Positions 21,996 through 32,747 of a stretch of DNA of 64,000 nt are shown here, piece by piece. This DNA comes from Candidatus Caldarchaeum sp. (lineage in GTDB: Archaea > Thermoproteota > Nitrososphaeria_A > Caldarchaeales > Caldarchaeaceae), in NCBI GenBank assembly GCA_038844785.1, contig JAWBRA010000001.1:1-64000 (forward strand), read 5' to 3'. The number at the start of each line of letters is the position of its first letter. Position 1 is the stretch's first letter. Below the pieces are notes generated by a model. The model saw only the letters and a list, made by a program, of their open reading frames with translations. It was not told the DNA's origin and did no database searches. The translations under genes were made by a program, and so were the position numbers.

Positions 21996-22979
21996 TTAGG
22001 CTGTTTGAATGCATCCTGTGAGACTTGGCCGTGTCTCAAAAATTTCTGAGACGCTGTAGCCCGCTGCCTTAAACCCTTCAACAACCTCTTCCACAGCAGC
22101 GTCTACCGGCCTCGTACCTCTCTGCTGGCTGTTCTCGGAAATCTTGAAGAACAAAACCCTGGACGGTCCTGCTCCGCTGACAACCTCCGCCACGTTATAC
22201 TTCTTGAGAAGACGTTCTTTCTCCGTCAACAGTTTCCTGCCGTCAACGCCTTCGCCGTACACGCCAGCCTCCGCCCTAAAGTATTCTACGAAGGGGTCTC
22301 GGGAGACCGCTCTTAGAAACATGTCGATGTCTCCTCTGCATAAAGCCAGCGCCGCCACACCGACCCTCGAAACAACCTCCACATGCGTTTCCAGGCTAAG
22401 TTTTTCGGGGACCGCTTTCCTAGCCATAGCTGTAGACTCTTTCGAGACATCAGGGACTATCACGACGATGCCTAGGTCTTCAGGCGGGTTTATCTTCAAC
22501 ACAGAGAGTCCCTCACCTTCGCGGAGGCATGCTACAAAACCGCCTAGTAGTGATGCGGCAACGTTGTCGGGATGTCCCCCGGGCTCGGCTGCTGCAGCTG
22601 CTTCAACAAGCTCGTGGGGCTTCATACCGATGCTGAGAAGTTTGTTCAACCCGAAGACCGCTGCAGCGGCTTCGGCCCCGCTGGCCCCCAAGCCTTTTCG
22701 GGGTGGAATGTCTGCATAAAAAACCAGCTCAACTTTTTTCCTCAAACCCTTTTTCTGAAGGAGCTTTGTAGCGGCAATGGCTCCAGCATTTTTCTCTGGA
22801 ACTGTTGACATCAACCCCCCGTATCTACCCTTGTTTACGACAACTATCTCATCGCCTTCGTCTACGCTTATCTCAACCGTGAGGAAGGGTTTTTCCAAAG
22901 CCATGGAGAAGACGTCGTAGCCAGGGCCTACGTTGGCTGAGCTGGAAGGAGCTTTGAAAACTCCCCGCAACATCAACAA
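21996..22979 (-). CDS. thrB: Homoserine kinase
   Basis: APSSSANVGPGYD, PRKGLGASGA, HPDNVAASLLGG, SGAGPS. Confidence 0.88.
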   Translation of the reverse strand: MLMLRGVFKAPSSSANVGPGYDVFSMALEKPFLTVEISVDEGDEIVVVNKGRYGGLMSTVPEKNAGAIAATKLLQKKGLRKKVELVFYADIPPRKGLGASGAEAAAAVFGLNKLLSIGMKPHELVEAAAAAEPGGHPDNVAASLLGGFVACLREGEGLSVLKINPPEDLGIVVIVPDVSKESTAMARKAVPEKLSLETHVEVVSRVGVAALALCRGDIDMFLRAVSRDPFVEYFRAEAGVYGEGVDGRKLLTEKERLLKKYNVAEVVSGAGPSRVLFFKISENSQQRGTRPVDAAVEEVVEGFKAAGYSVSEIFETRPSLTGCIQTA

Positions 22980-22982
22980 CCA

Positions 22983-24014
22983 TTAGGCCAGACTCGATAT
23001 CTTCTTTTTAACCTCGTTAACGTATTCGCTGCACGTTGCTTTGCCGCCGAGGTCGGGGGTAAGACTCCGTCCTTCCCTCAGAACGTTTTCGACACCTTTT
23101 TCAACCAACGCAGCCGCCTCCGACAGTCTTCTGTCGTTCTTTGCTTTCCCCAACCATTCAAGCATCATCCTAGCCGCCAGCATCATGGCAGTCGGGTTTG
23201 CATATTCTGGGTTTAAGGTGGGCGCTGAGCCGTGGACAGGCTCGAACAATCCGAACGAGTCTCCTATGTTTGCAGAGCCGGCTACCCCAATTGTACCCAC
23301 TATCCCCGCCGCTTCATCGCTGAGGATGTCGCCAAACATGTTTGGAGTGAGTATAACGTCAAAATACTCTGGGTTTATAATAAGCTGGTAAGCAGCGTTG
23401 TCCACATACATTTCATCAGTTGCTACTGAAGGATATCTAGCCGCTACCTGCATGCAAACGTTTCTGAAAAGCTGGTATGCTTTGACGACGTTTGCTTTAT
23501 GCACGATGGTCAACTTTTTACGCCTCGTGGCAGCCATGTCGAAACCCACCCTAGCTATCCTCTCAGCACCCTTCCTTGTTATGACCAGCAAGGCGACAGC
23601 ATGGTCTTCGCCAACGTCTTCAACGGACCTGTACAGGTCTTCGGTGTTTTCCCTGACTATGATAAAGTCGACGCCAGACCATTTCGACTTTACTCCCGGA
23701 TAGTTCTTGAAGGGCCTGATGTTAGCGTAGAGGTCTAGCTTTTGACGGAGATAAACTATTACATCGCGTGCAGTTTCCCCTACAGGCCCCTTTAAACATG
23801 CATCGCTCGCAGAGATTTTACGCAGGGAGTCTTCTGGCAGAGCTGTTCCAACCTCCTTGAGCACAGAGTCTCCGGCCGGTGTTTCAACAAACTCTAGGCT
23901 GAAACCTTTTACGTCTCCTAGCCACTGTAAAAGCTCTACCGTCTTGTCAACTATGTGGGGGCCTATTCCATCTCCTTTTATGACGCTAATTTTCAACACG
24001 GCTTCTGACGTCAA
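22983..24014 (-). CDS. Isocitrate/isopropylmalate/homoisocitrate dehydrogenase family
   Basis: GDGIGP, RENTED, HKANV, NMFGDILSD, EPVHGSAP. Confidence 0.9.
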   Translation of the reverse strand: MTSEAVLKISVIKGDGIGPHIVDKTVELLQWLGDVKGFSLEFVETPAGDSVLKEVGTALPEDSLRKISASDACLKGPVGETARDVIVYLRQKLDLYANIRPFKNYPGVKSKWSGVDFIIVRENTEDLYRSVEDVGEDHAVALLVITRKGAERIARVGFDMAATRRKKLTIVHKANVVKAYQLFRNVCMQVAARYPSVATDEMYVDNAAYQLIINPEYFDVILTPNMFGDILSDEAAGIVGTIGVAGSANIGDSFGLFEPVHGSAPTLNPEYANPTAMMLAARMMLEWLGKAKNDRRLSEAAALVEKGVENVLREGRSLTPDLGGKATCSEYVNEVKKKISSLA

Positions 24015-24100
24015 CCCACTTTCTTAAAAGTCTAAACATGCTTCTGCCACAGTACTTGGTAAATGCTTTTACCATCCCGCTACAGCGAATACCTTAGGGG

Positions 24101-25351
24101 TTGAACTCCTTCGCAAGGCTGGATGTCTGGTCCTCTGCCGAGATAAAGGGTAGGCTGGACTGGTACTATGCCGTGTCCAACAACCTAAAGCCAGCCAAAT
24201 ATCTTATCTGTAGAAGAGTTCCGGTTGAAGCGGATTTAACCACTCTCACCGAGGATGAGTTGTGGAGGCTTCATGAGAAAAAAGCGCAAGAGTTTAACAC
24301 TCTGTTCGAAAGCATTAAAGAAGATAGAATAAAGCTAGAGGAGCTTCCCCCGGCTAAACCTAACTTTCTCGACCTCAAGGTGGCGTTAGTTAAGAAAATG
24401 CTGCGCCACTGTAATTTCTGCAGGTGGAACTGCAGGGTTGACAGGTCTCTGGGGGCTAAGCTTGGAACATGTCAGCTGGACTACCGGTCGAGGGTCTCGA
24501 GCTATTTCCACCACCGTGGCGAGGAGCTTCCCATACGTGGGACAAAGGGCTCGGGAACAATATTCTTCACTTCCTGCAACCAGCGCTGTGTGTTCTGCCA
24601 GAACTCAGACATATCACACGACAAAGACAACGGTATTGTTTTCACCCCTCAGATGCTCGCGTGGACGATGTGGCAGTTGAGGATGGAGGGCTGTCACAAC
24701 ATAAACTTGGTTGGCGGCGAGCCTACGATACATCTCCACACAATTGTCGAGGCCATAAGCATGCTAAGGTTTTTCAAAGATGTTGACGCAAAGGCGATGG
24801 AAGCCAAGGCCGACTTGTACATCCCCTACGGAATGGACGTGAGGTATGCCTCGTACAAAGGCGAGTTCAACACGCCTATCCTCTGGAACTCCAACATGTA
24901 CATGAGCGGGGAGACTATGAAGATTCTCCGCGAGCTGGTTGATATATGGCTTCCCGACTTCAAGTTTGGAAACAACCGCTGCGCAGTTTGGCTGGCTAGG
25001 ACTCCATGGTATTTCGAGACCGTTGCGGCAAACCATAAGCTTATCTATGAATGGAGGGAGGATATCGTGATTAGGCATTTAATAATGCCCGGGCACGTGG
25101 AATGCTGTACGAAGCCTGTGTTGAAATGGATTGCTGAAAACATGCCTTTGACACCTGTAAATATCATGGACCAGTACCACCCCGATTGCTACTGCAACCC
25201 ATCAGACCCTAGGTTCGACAAACGCTACGCCGACATGGCTCGTTACCCTACAAGGGAAGAGATCCTGGAATCATACAGGTATGCGAAGAGTCTGGGGCTG
25301 AGGTTTGAAGAGATAACCTTTGAAAAGTCGCTGAGGGGGTTTAGGCTTTGA
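24101..25351 (+). CDS. PflX-like radical SAM protein
   Basis: CNFCRWNCRVDR, GTIFFTSCNQRCVFCQN (CX3CX2C), RHLIMPGHVECC. Confidence 0.88.
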   Translation: MNSFARLDVWSSAEIKGRLDWYYAVSNNLKPAKYLICRRVPVEADLTTLTEDELWRLHEKKAQEFNTLFESIKEDRIKLEELPPAKPNFLDLKVALVKKMLRHCNFCRWNCRVDRSLGAKLGTCQLDYRSRVSSYFHHRGEELPIRGTKGSGTIFFTSCNQRCVFCQNSDISHDKDNGIVFTPQMLAWTMWQLRMEGCHNINLVGGEPTIHLHTIVEAISMLRFFKDVDAKAMEAKADLYIPYGMDVRYASYKGEFNTPILWNSNMYMSGETMKILRELVDIWLPDFKFGNNRCAVWLARTPWYFETVAANHKLIYEWREDIVIRHLIMPGHVECCTKPVLKWIAENMPLTPVNIMDQYHPDCYCNPSDPRFDKRYADMARYPTREEILESYRYAKSLGLRFEEITFEKSLRGFRL

Positions 25352-25367
25352 CTCCAAGCGGCACGCA

Positions 25368-25496
25368 TTCCAGAACCATCACATACTGGCTTTCCTGATA
25401 TCTCTCTATACTGACGTCGGGAGCAGTGCTGAAAAAGCTGTGGCTGAAGCAGTTCGTGTCTTAGAAACCGTTGGAGTGCTGCTGAAAGAGGTTTAG
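25368..25496 (+). pseudogene. Possible frameshifted remnant of a HEPN-like C-terminus
   Basis: Combining frames gives NHHILAF(P)DISLY...SAEKAVAEAVRVLETVGVLLKEV*; several frameshifts are required. Confidence 0.2.
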
Positions 25497-25585
25497 CGGG
25501 TTTGGGGCTTTAAACTGTTTCTCCCAAAAACCTGCGATGGTTCTGGGATAGGTAGGTTTATAAAAGGTGGTTTACCTGTGTTGTC

Positions 25586-26155
25586 ATGGTCAGGGCGTCG
25601 CTCGCCGTGGACGCCGAGGTGGCGGAAGCTCTCTCCAAGCTGGCTGAGGAGAAGCACATGACCCTCTACTCCCTCACGAACCAGATCCTCAAAACCTCGA
25701 TAGAGCTCATCAGGGAAAACCTTGAGATACAGGATTTGAAGAACCTTCTCACGGCTTACTGGGTTTTGAGAGACTTGGATGCCGTCGTTCTGCCTTCAGA
25801 CTTCATGGATTCTTTGATCGCCGAGCTCTACGCCAAAGACCGCGACTCTGTTCTCAGAAAGTTTAGGCAGCTCGGCAAGGATGTTGGGAAATATTTGAAG
25901 GTTCACGCAGAATCTTTCGAAGACCTTCTCCAGCTAGCCCGTTCCGTCGGCAGGTTTTTCCCGCTCAAAAAACTAGAGGTTAAATACGTTTCCCACAACA
26001 CTTACGAGATAGCTGTAATAGGCGTGGGGGGCAGGCTGGAGTCAACGCAGTGCGTGTTCGAGGCCATGAAGGGAATTTTGGATGAATACGGCTTGACAAC
26101 CTCCGAGGAAACGGTTACAAAAGGGTTGATTAGGGTGAAGGTGGCCGTCGGCTAA
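25586..26155 (+). CDS. Hypothetical protein, N-terminal ribbon-helix-helix-like region plus V4R-like C-terminal domain
   Basis: RASLAVDAEVAEALSKLAEEKHMTLYSL; TATA-like TTTATAAA at about 25557-25564 upstream. Confidence 0.7.
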   Translation: MVRASLAVDAEVAEALSKLAEEKHMTLYSLTNQILKTSIELIRENLEIQDLKNLLTAYWVLRDLDAVVLPSDFMDSLIAELYAKDRDSVLRKFRQLGKDVGKYLKVHAESFEDLLQLARSVGRFFPLKKLEVKYVSHNTYEIAVIGVGGRLESTQCVFEAMKGILDEYGLTTSEETVTKGLIRVKVAVG

Positions 26156-26159
26156 AGAG

Positions 26160-26233
26160 CGCCCAGGCCGGGATTTGAACCCGGGTCCGCCGGGCGACAG
26201 CCGGCGATGCTAACCTAGCTATACCACCTGGGC
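26160..26233 (-). tRNA. tRNA-Asp(GTC), intronless, CCA not encoded
   Basis: Acceptor GCCCAGG/CCTGGGC, anticodon arm GCCGG-CTGTCGC-CCGGC, T arm CCGGG-TTCAAAT-CCCGG, G discriminator. Confidence 0.95.
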
Positions 26234-26325
26234 TCCAGCTAGTATCCATGAAAGCCTTATTTAGTTTTTAAACGCGCGTTGGATTAATTTGGTATAATCT
26301 TATAAAGGAGCGGGGAGTTTTATTT

Positions 26326-29016
26326 GTGAAAAACATGTTGGGTTGGAGCCGTTCTGTTTGTGTTTTTCTGACGGCCTTTCTGCTGCTGCCTGCATTGGCG
26401 TTGAACGTTGCCGCGCAAGACCAGCTAAAAGGTCCTTGGGTTGACGAGGTTGTGTTTTTTGTCGAGCAAGACCAGGCTAAAGCTATCGACATGCTGTTGA
26501 AGAACGAGATGCAGGTTTACTTCAGAGACCTTAGGGACCCGGAGCTCTTCAAACGTGTGCGCCAATCACCCGAGCTAACATACATAATGTCTTACGGGCT
26601 ATACTACGAGCTGACCTTCAACCCCGTTGGCCCTGAGTTCCCAGCCACAGGAAAGCTGAACCCGTTCTCAGTACCTCGGATTAGGGAGGCCATCAACTAT
26701 CTGGTAGACAGAAACTACATAGCCAGCGAGATTATGGGCGGTCTGGGCGTACCGAGGTACACCGCCTTAGCGCCTTCCTTTCCAGATTACGGCAGGTATG
26801 CAGACCTTCTGAGAGGCATAGAAAGAGAATATGCCTACAACTTTGACAAGGCGCGGGCCATTATCGGCGAGGAGATGACAAAGCTAGGAGCGCAGCTACG
26901 TGATGGAAAATGGTACTATAAAGGCGAGCCTGTTACCTTGATCTTCCTGATAAGGGTTGAAGACCAGAGACGTCAGATAGGCGACTATGTTGCGTCGCAG
27001 CTGGAGAAGCTCGGCTTCACGGTAGATCGGCAGTACAAGACAAGCAGGGAAGCATCACCTATATGGATTCGCGGTAACCCAGCAGACGGCAAATGGCACC
27101 TCTACACAGGCGGCTGGATAACAACATTGGTCTCTAGAGATGAAGGCGACAACTTTGGATTCTTTTACACCCCGAGAGGGCAGCCAGTGCCGTTATGGCA
27201 GGCTTACAAGCCAGACCCAGAGTTCGACAGGGTAGCTGCCAAGCTTTGGAACCGCGAGTACAAGAGCATAGAGGAGAGGAATGAGCTCATGAAGAGAGCG
27301 ATAACTCTCTCCATGAAAGACTCTGTCAGAGTATGGCTAATCCACCAGACCGCACCATGGCCAGCCAGGAAGGACATACAAATCACCTACGACCTTGCTG
27401 CAGGTTACTCAGGCGCTAGGCTATGGCCTTATACGTTAAAATATGTCGACAAGGTTGGCGGCTCGGTTAAAATAGCTTCATCAGACCTTTTAGTCGAACC
27501 GGTTAACCCCGTAGCTGGCAGCAACTGGGTCTATGATGCTATGATTTATAGAGCTACGTCCGACCCTGCAGTCATTCCAGACCCCTACACAGGTCTATAC
27601 CTGCCGCAACGTATCAAGAGAGCTGAGGTATACGCCTTAGTTGGGACGCCGATGACCGTAACTCTTGACTATGTCGACCTCCGTTTTGTTCCAGAGATAA
27701 AAGTTCCTGAGGATGCTTGGTATGGATGGGATGCTGAAAGACAGGAGATAACCTACGCACCGCCGGGAACAACCGCCAAGACAAAAACTGTTGTTTATTT
27801 TGAAGACGACCTCTTCAAGAGAAAATTCCACGACGGAAGCACGATGTCCCTAGCCGACATAGTGTTTAGCTACATCCTTACTTTCGACAGGGCCGACCCT
27901 AAGAGCCCGGTCTACGACGAGTCGTACGTGCCTACCTTCGAAGAATTCAGAGCCACTTTCAAGGGCTTCAAGATCGTCAGCAAAGACCCTTTGGTTATCG
28001 AATACTATTCTGACGTTGCCTTCCTTGACGCGGAATGGAACGTTAACTCAGCGGCCTCAGCCTTCTTCACAGACTACACCTATGGTCCAGGACCGTGGCA
28101 TACCGTAGCGGTTGCGTGGCTGGCTGAAGCAGACGGCGAGCTTGCGTTTTCAGCTGATAAAGCTGACCAGCTGAAAGTCGAGTGGACAAGCTTCATGGCG
28201 GGGCCATCAATAGACATCCTCAAGAAATACCTGAACACGGCTATCCAGCAAGGGTTCATACCGTATGAGAAAGTTCTTGGACAGTACTTGACGCGGCAGG
28301 AAGCAATACAGAGATATAACAACCTTAAGAATTGGGTTGATTCTAAGGGCCACTTCCTCGTAGGCAACGGGCCTTTCTACCTCGACAGAGTCGACCCGAC
28401 TGCCAAGATAGTGGTCTTGAAGGCTTTCAGAGAGTTCCCTGACCCGCCGACAAAATGGGCTGGCTTCGCAGAGCCAATGATACCCGAGGTAAAGGTTGTA
28501 GCGACGCCGACGGTTGAGACAGGCTTCCCAGCGGAGGTTCCTCTCACAGTAACATTTAAGGGAAAGCCGTACCCTGACGAGGACATCGCATACGTCAAAT
28601 ACATTCTAACAAGCGCTGTAGGAACTTCTGTAGGCTTTGCAGAACCTGTTGGTGGAGGCAACTGGAGGGTAGTGCTCAAGCCTGAGGAGACCTATAAGCT
28701 GCCTACAGGCGCTGTAAACCTAGAAGTCATAGTGGTGTCAAAAAGAGTTGGAGTACCCGCCGCCACTACAGCTACGCTGAACGTTCTAAGCTTCAAAGAG
28801 GGTATTCTAAGCGAAGTTGCCAAAGCTAGGGCCGACTTGGAGGCAAAGATTTCAGGCCTTGACTCCCGGCTTCGCTCCCTATCCGGCAGCGTCGACAAAG
28901 TTACGTCTGGCGTAGAGGGGCTGCAGGGAACAGTCAACCTCATGCTGGGGCTAGCAGTTCTAGCGATAGTCCTGTCCCTCGCCGGCATAGCGTTAAGCCT
29001 GACGAGAAAAAAGTAG
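26326..29016 (+). CDS. ABC transporter substrate-binding protein, family 5 (Opp/Dpp-like), with C-terminal membrane anchor
   Basis: Signal peptide, NPFSVPRIREAINYLVDR, KFHDG; C-terminal coiled coil, TM and RKK. Confidence 0.88.
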   Translation: MKNMLGWSRSVCVFLTAFLLLPALALNVAAQDQLKGPWVDEVVFFVEQDQAKAIDMLLKNEMQVYFRDLRDPELFKRVRQSPELTYIMSYGLYYELTFNPVGPEFPATGKLNPFSVPRIREAINYLVDRNYIASEIMGGLGVPRYTALAPSFPDYGRYADLLRGIEREYAYNFDKARAIIGEEMTKLGAQLRDGKWYYKGEPVTLIFLIRVEDQRRQIGDYVASQLEKLGFTVDRQYKTSREASPIWIRGNPADGKWHLYTGGWITTLVSRDEGDNFGFFYTPRGQPVPLWQAYKPDPEFDRVAAKLWNREYKSIEERNELMKRAITLSMKDSVRVWLIHQTAPWPARKDIQITYDLAAGYSGARLWPYTLKYVDKVGGSVKIASSDLLVEPVNPVAGSNWVYDAMIYRATSDPAVIPDPYTGLYLPQRIKRAEVYALVGTPMTVTLDYVDLRFVPEIKVPEDAWYGWDAERQEITYAPPGTTAKTKTVVYFEDDLFKRKFHDGSTMSLADIVFSYILTFDRADPKSPVYDESYVPTFEEFRATFKGFKIVSKDPLVIEYYSDVAFLDAEWNVNSAASAFFTDYTYGPGPWHTVAVAWLAEADGELAFSADKADQLKVEWTSFMAGPSIDILKKYLNTAIQQGFIPYEKVLGQYLTRQEAIQRYNNLKNWVDSKGHFLVGNGPFYLDRVDPTAKIVVLKAFREFPDPPTKWAGFAEPMIPEVKVVATPTVETGFPAEVPLTVTFKGKPYPDEDIAYVKYILTSAVGTSVGFAEPVGGGNWRVVLKPEETYKLPTGAVNLEVIVVSKRVGVPAATTATLNVLSFKEGILSEVAKARADLEAKISGLDSRLRSLSGSVDKVTSGVEGLQGTVNLMLGLAVLAIVLSLAGIALSLTRKK

Positions 29017-29059
29017 AAAACCACCCTTTATAACTACCTTTTTATTTTATTTTAACAGA

Positions 29060-30130
29060 ATGAGAAGCATCCGGCCAATAATCTTTCTAGGCAAACGAGC
29101 TTTAGTCTTAGCTCTAACCGTGGTAGTTGCAGTCTATGTCACGATATATGTGGCGAACATGGGAGGCTATGTGGACGAGATAGTTAAGGGCGAGGCCTTG
29201 CTCAGGGTATCCCAAGAGGTGAGAGCCAACCCTGCGAACAGAGCGTTGAACGAAACTCAGGTAAGAAACCTGATCGACCAGCTGTACCAGAATGAGCTGA
29301 AACGGCTGGGTTTCGACCAGCCTTTCATCGTGAGAAGCTTCAACTATCTACGCGATGCTCTCACCCTAGAACTGGGAAGGTCGCTGTTTATCAGCAGCGA
29401 CAGCGGCTCAAGAAGCGTTAGGGTAATAATCATGGAAAGACTGCCTAACACCGTCCTCCTCTTCACAACAACACAGCTCATACTCTTTTTCCTCGGTCTT
29501 TTCACAGGGCTTTTCCTCAGCAGAAGATACGGCAGCAAAATAGATAAAATAATGACCCTTTTAACACCTATGTCATCTCTGCCAGGATGGTTTTACGGTC
29601 TCTTTCTCATATTGATATTCGCCTCAGTTCTTAGGGTGTTACCCTATGGCGGGATGGTGGACGTCCCACCTCCGACAGACCGTTTCGAATATGCTTTGAG
29701 CGTGCTGCGTCACATGATACTGCCCATACTATCATGGCTGACCGCCTATTTCTTCATAAGCACATACACAAGGAGAACTTTCTTCCTCATATTTTCGAGC
29801 GAGGACTATGTAGAGGTGGCTAAAGCAAAAGGATTACCTGAGCCTTTAATTAGAAGACGCTACATTCTCAGGCCCACGCTGCCACCGATAATAACAGATT
29901 TGTCGTTAACCCTGCTGGCCTCGTGGACAGGCGCCATAATCACAGAAACCGTTTTCAACTGGCCTGGTGTCGGAAGCCTTTTCTACGTAGCCTCGGTAAC
30001 ATTCGACACACCCGTCCTCGTGGGGCTTGTTGTAATCTACGCCTACCTCCTCGCAATAACCGTGTTCGTCCTTGAGCTTGTCTACGCCATACTAGACCCG
30101 AGAGTAAGGACCGGCGTCATGGCTGGATGA
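29060..30130 (+). CDS. Peptide ABC transporter permease (OppB/DppB-like)
   Basis: RLPNTVLL, EDYVEVAKAKG, ITETVFNWPG, LDPRV. Confidence 0.9.
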   Translation: MRSIRPIIFLGKRALVLALTVVVAVYVTIYVANMGGYVDEIVKGEALLRVSQEVRANPANRALNETQVRNLIDQLYQNELKRLGFDQPFIVRSFNYLRDALTLELGRSLFISSDSGSRSVRVIIMERLPNTVLLFTTTQLILFFLGLFTGLFLSRRYGSKIDKIMTLLTPMSSLPGWFYGLFLILIFASVLRVLPYGGMVDVPPPTDRFEYALSVLRHMILPILSWLTAYFFISTYTRRTFFLIFSSEDYVEVAKAKGLPEPLIRRRYILRPTLPPIITDLSLTLLASWTGAIITETVFNWPGVGSLFYVASVTFDTPVLVGLVVIYAYLLAITVFVLELVYAILDPRVRTGVMAG

Positions 30131-31518
30131 TGAAAGTAAAACCTCTTCTCCGTTACAAATCGTCTCTCGTGGGAGTTGGAATACTGTGCATTTTGATAGC
30201 CGTTTCCATATACACTGTTCTCACTATTCCCTTCGAGGAGGCTGCGAGACTTTGGCGGGCGGGTGAGCAGACTTGGCTCGACAACCCGCGGAACGCTTTA
30301 CCTGCATGGGTTAACCTCTTCAGCTCCACAAAACTGCCCAGCACGCTGGTGTTTGATACGCAGAAACTCGGTCCTGAAGTCATAAAGGTGTCTGTAAGAG
30401 CCGGTGAAAACATAAAGATATCAAGGGTCGAGATGAGGTTTAGGTATGATTATGACGATTTCCCCAGCGAAATTAATCTCTTCCTCAAATGCTCTTACAA
30501 CACTTCACCACCCCAGCTAACGATAAGCTGGGTAAAGCCTGACGGAACACGCATTGACCTCAAAAAAACAGCAATCTCGGGAGACGACAGGTTCTACATA
30601 TCAGCTGACACAGCGTTATCAACTGAGCTGAATAAAATAATTGAAAGAAAGCTAAACAAGCAACCGTCCTATATCATACCCACTACAACAATCTTGTTTG
30701 GAGTAGAAGATGAAAGCATCCTAAACCCCACCACGGTCAAAGTTTTAAAAGGTGAGTACAGGCTATTGATCGAAGGGCTTATGTTCGAACCCAAAGCAGA
30801 CTTTGACGCGAAACTTGTCGTTTACGGCAAAGTCTATGGCTGGGCTGGAACAGACCATCTACGACGTGATATAGGAATAGCCCTTCTGTGGGGAACGCCT
30901 GTAGCGTTGCTTTTCGGCGTCTCAGCAGCGGTTTCTATAGCGTTGATCCAAATGAGCATCGGCGCCGTGAGCGCGTGGTTCCGAGGACCTGTTGACATGG
31001 CGATGCAAAGGGTTACAGAGATCTTCCTAGTCCTCCCCTTCCTACCAGTCCTCATAATGGTTTCAACCCTCTATAAGGTCAACATATGGGTGATCCTGTT
31101 GATAGTGATTCTGTTGAGCTCCTTCGGGCCAGGTGTCAAAAACTACAGGGCCCTGTTCCTGCAGCTACGTGAATCACCCTACATCGAGGCAGCGCGTTCG
31201 TATGGTGCAGGTGACTTTCGAATCCTAGTCCTGCATCTGATACCGCGTGTTCTGCCGACGATGATACCCTCGGTTGTTCTGTCGGCCGCAGACTTCGTGT
31301 TCTTAGAGGCGGCTTTAGCTATACTCGGGATAGGAGACCCTATAACGCCTACGTGGGGCAAGGTGATAGAAGACGCTTTTTACGCAGGAGCGTTATTCAA
31401 AGGCCAGTACTACTGGGTTCTTATACCCTCCGCCCTGCTGGCATCCACCTCCATAAGCTTCGCCCTCATAGGATTCGCGCTCGACAAAATATTCAACCCT
31501 AGGCTGAAAGAGATATGA
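30127..31518 (+). CDS. Peptide ABC transporter permease (OppC/DppC-like) with large extracytoplasmic insert
   Basis: GTDHLRRD, YIEAARSYGA, PTWG, FNPRL. Confidence 0.9.
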   Translation: MMKVKPLLRYKSSLVGVGILCILIAVSIYTVLTIPFEEAARLWRAGEQTWLDNPRNALPAWVNLFSSTKLPSTLVFDTQKLGPEVIKVSVRAGENIKISRVEMRFRYDYDDFPSEINLFLKCSYNTSPPQLTISWVKPDGTRIDLKKTAISGDDRFYISADTALSTELNKIIERKLNKQPSYIIPTTTILFGVEDESILNPTTVKVLKGEYRLLIEGLMFEPKADFDAKLVVYGKVYGWAGTDHLRRDIGIALLWGTPVALLFGVSAAVSIALIQMSIGAVSAWFRGPVDMAMQRVTEIFLVLPFLPVLIMVSTLYKVNIWVILLIVILLSSFGPGVKNYRALFLQLRESPYIEAARSYGAGDFRILVLHLIPRVLPTMIPSVVLSAADFVFLEAALAILGIGDPITPTWGKVIEDAFYAGALFKGQYYWVLIPSALLASTSISFALIGFALDKIFNPRLKEI

Positions 31519-31766
31519 ACCTTTTTCAACCACTTAAACCGCGTTTAAACAATATGTTCAAAAACAGTCGGGAGGTGTCCGAGATTTTGACGGGTTTCAT
31601 CCTTCTTTTCACCGCTTTTATAGCATCCCTGCTGATGGTTATTGGTGTCATAGAGAAAGACATCGTTCTCAGCCTGTTCATCTACTCGATGTCCCTCGCC
31701 GGAATAGTGCTCGGGCTTCATGGAATTCTCGGCTGGTACCAAGACCAGGAAAGCAAAAAACAGTGA
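31515..31766 (+). CDS. Small two-TM membrane protein within the ABC operon
   Basis: Fills the gap between permease and ATPase genes; two hydrophobic stretches. Confidence 0.6.
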   Translation: MNLFQPLKPRLNNMFKNSREVSEILTGFILLFTAFIASLLMVIGVIEKDIVLSLFIYSMSLAGIVLGLHGILGWYQDQESKKQ

Positions 31767-31772
31767 TGCAAA

Positions 31773-32747
31773 ATGTCCGCCAGCATGCTGAAGGTGGAAA
31801 ACCTGGTTCTTTATTATTCTACTTTAAGGGGTGTTGTCAAAGCCGTCGACCACGTAAGCTTTGAAATCAAACGTGGTGAAACGCTTGCGATAGTGGGCGA
31901 GAGCGGCTCAGGCAAGTCTTCAACAGCCATAGCGATAGTCAGAATACTTCCCCGTAACGTCGGCACCTACAAAGGGTCTGTAATATTCAACGGCACAGAT
32001 ATTATGAAGCTGAGCGAGGAAGAGTTCCGGAAAAAAGTAAGGGTTGGAGGCATAAGCATGGTTTTCCAAGGAGCCATGAACTCACTCAACCCCGTCATGA
32101 GGGTTGAAGACCAGATAGCCGAGCCTTTAATCATCAACATGGGTTTCAGCCGACAGGAAGCTGTTTCAGAAGCGTTAAATGCCTTAAAACTCGTAGGGCT
32201 TGACGCAGCCGTTGGAAGACGCTACCCCCACGAGCTGAGCGGCGGCATGAAACAACGGGTTTTAATAGCTATGTCACTAGCCACCAAACCCAAGCTGATA
32301 ATACTTGACGAACCAACTTCAGCGCTAGACGTCATAACTCAAGCAAACATAATGAACTTATTGAAAAAACTCAGGAATGAGATGGGGTTCACATACATGT
32401 TCATCACCCACGACCTTGGTCTAGCAAGCGAGCTTGCAGACAGTGTGGCTGTGATGTATGCTGGAAAGATTGTTGAAATTGGTCCAGCCGAATCCGTCTA
32501 TTTGCAACCGAAGCATCCATACACGAAGCTTCTGATGGATAGCGTCCCGACTCTCAGGGAGGATAGGCCGCCAAGCTTCATACCAGGTGCGCCGCCCGAC
32601 CTCATAAACCTTCCAAGTGGCTGCAGCTTTCATCCACGATGTCCTCATGTTATCAAAGGAAAATGCGACGTTGACGATCCGCCGATGATTAAAGCCGGCC
32701 ATGGAAATTACGCTGCTTGCTGGCTCTTGGAAAAGGAGAGGACATGA
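31773..32747 (+). CDS. Peptide ABC transporter ATP-binding protein (OppD-like)
   Basis: GESGSGKS, LSGGMKQR, DEPT, HPYT, CxFHPRC. Confidence 0.93.
   Translation: MSASMLKVENLVLYYSTLRGVVKAVDHVSFEIKRGETLAIVGESGSGKSSTAIAIVRILPRNVGTYKGSVIFNGTDIMKLSEEEFRKKVRVGGISMVFQGAMNSLNPVMRVEDQIAEPLIINMGFSRQEAVSEALNALKLVGLDAAVGRRYPHELSGGMKQRVLIAMSLATKPKLIILDEPTSALDVITQANIMNLLKKLRNEMGFTYMFITHDLGLASELADSVAVMYAGKIVEIGPAESVYLQPKHPYTKLLMDSVPTLREDRPPSFIPGAPPDLINLPSGCSFHPRCPHVIKGKCDVDDPPMIKAGHGNYAACWLLEKERT

Noticed and set aside
24760-24870. Apparent insertion in the PflX-like protein as a second intron
   Set aside because: In frame, no stop, and I could not find BHB pairing; probably a family-specific loop.
26160-26233. 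tRNA-Asp as an integration site or intron-containing tRNA
   Set aside because: No intron, no duplicated tRNA fragment noticed and no integrase in the window.
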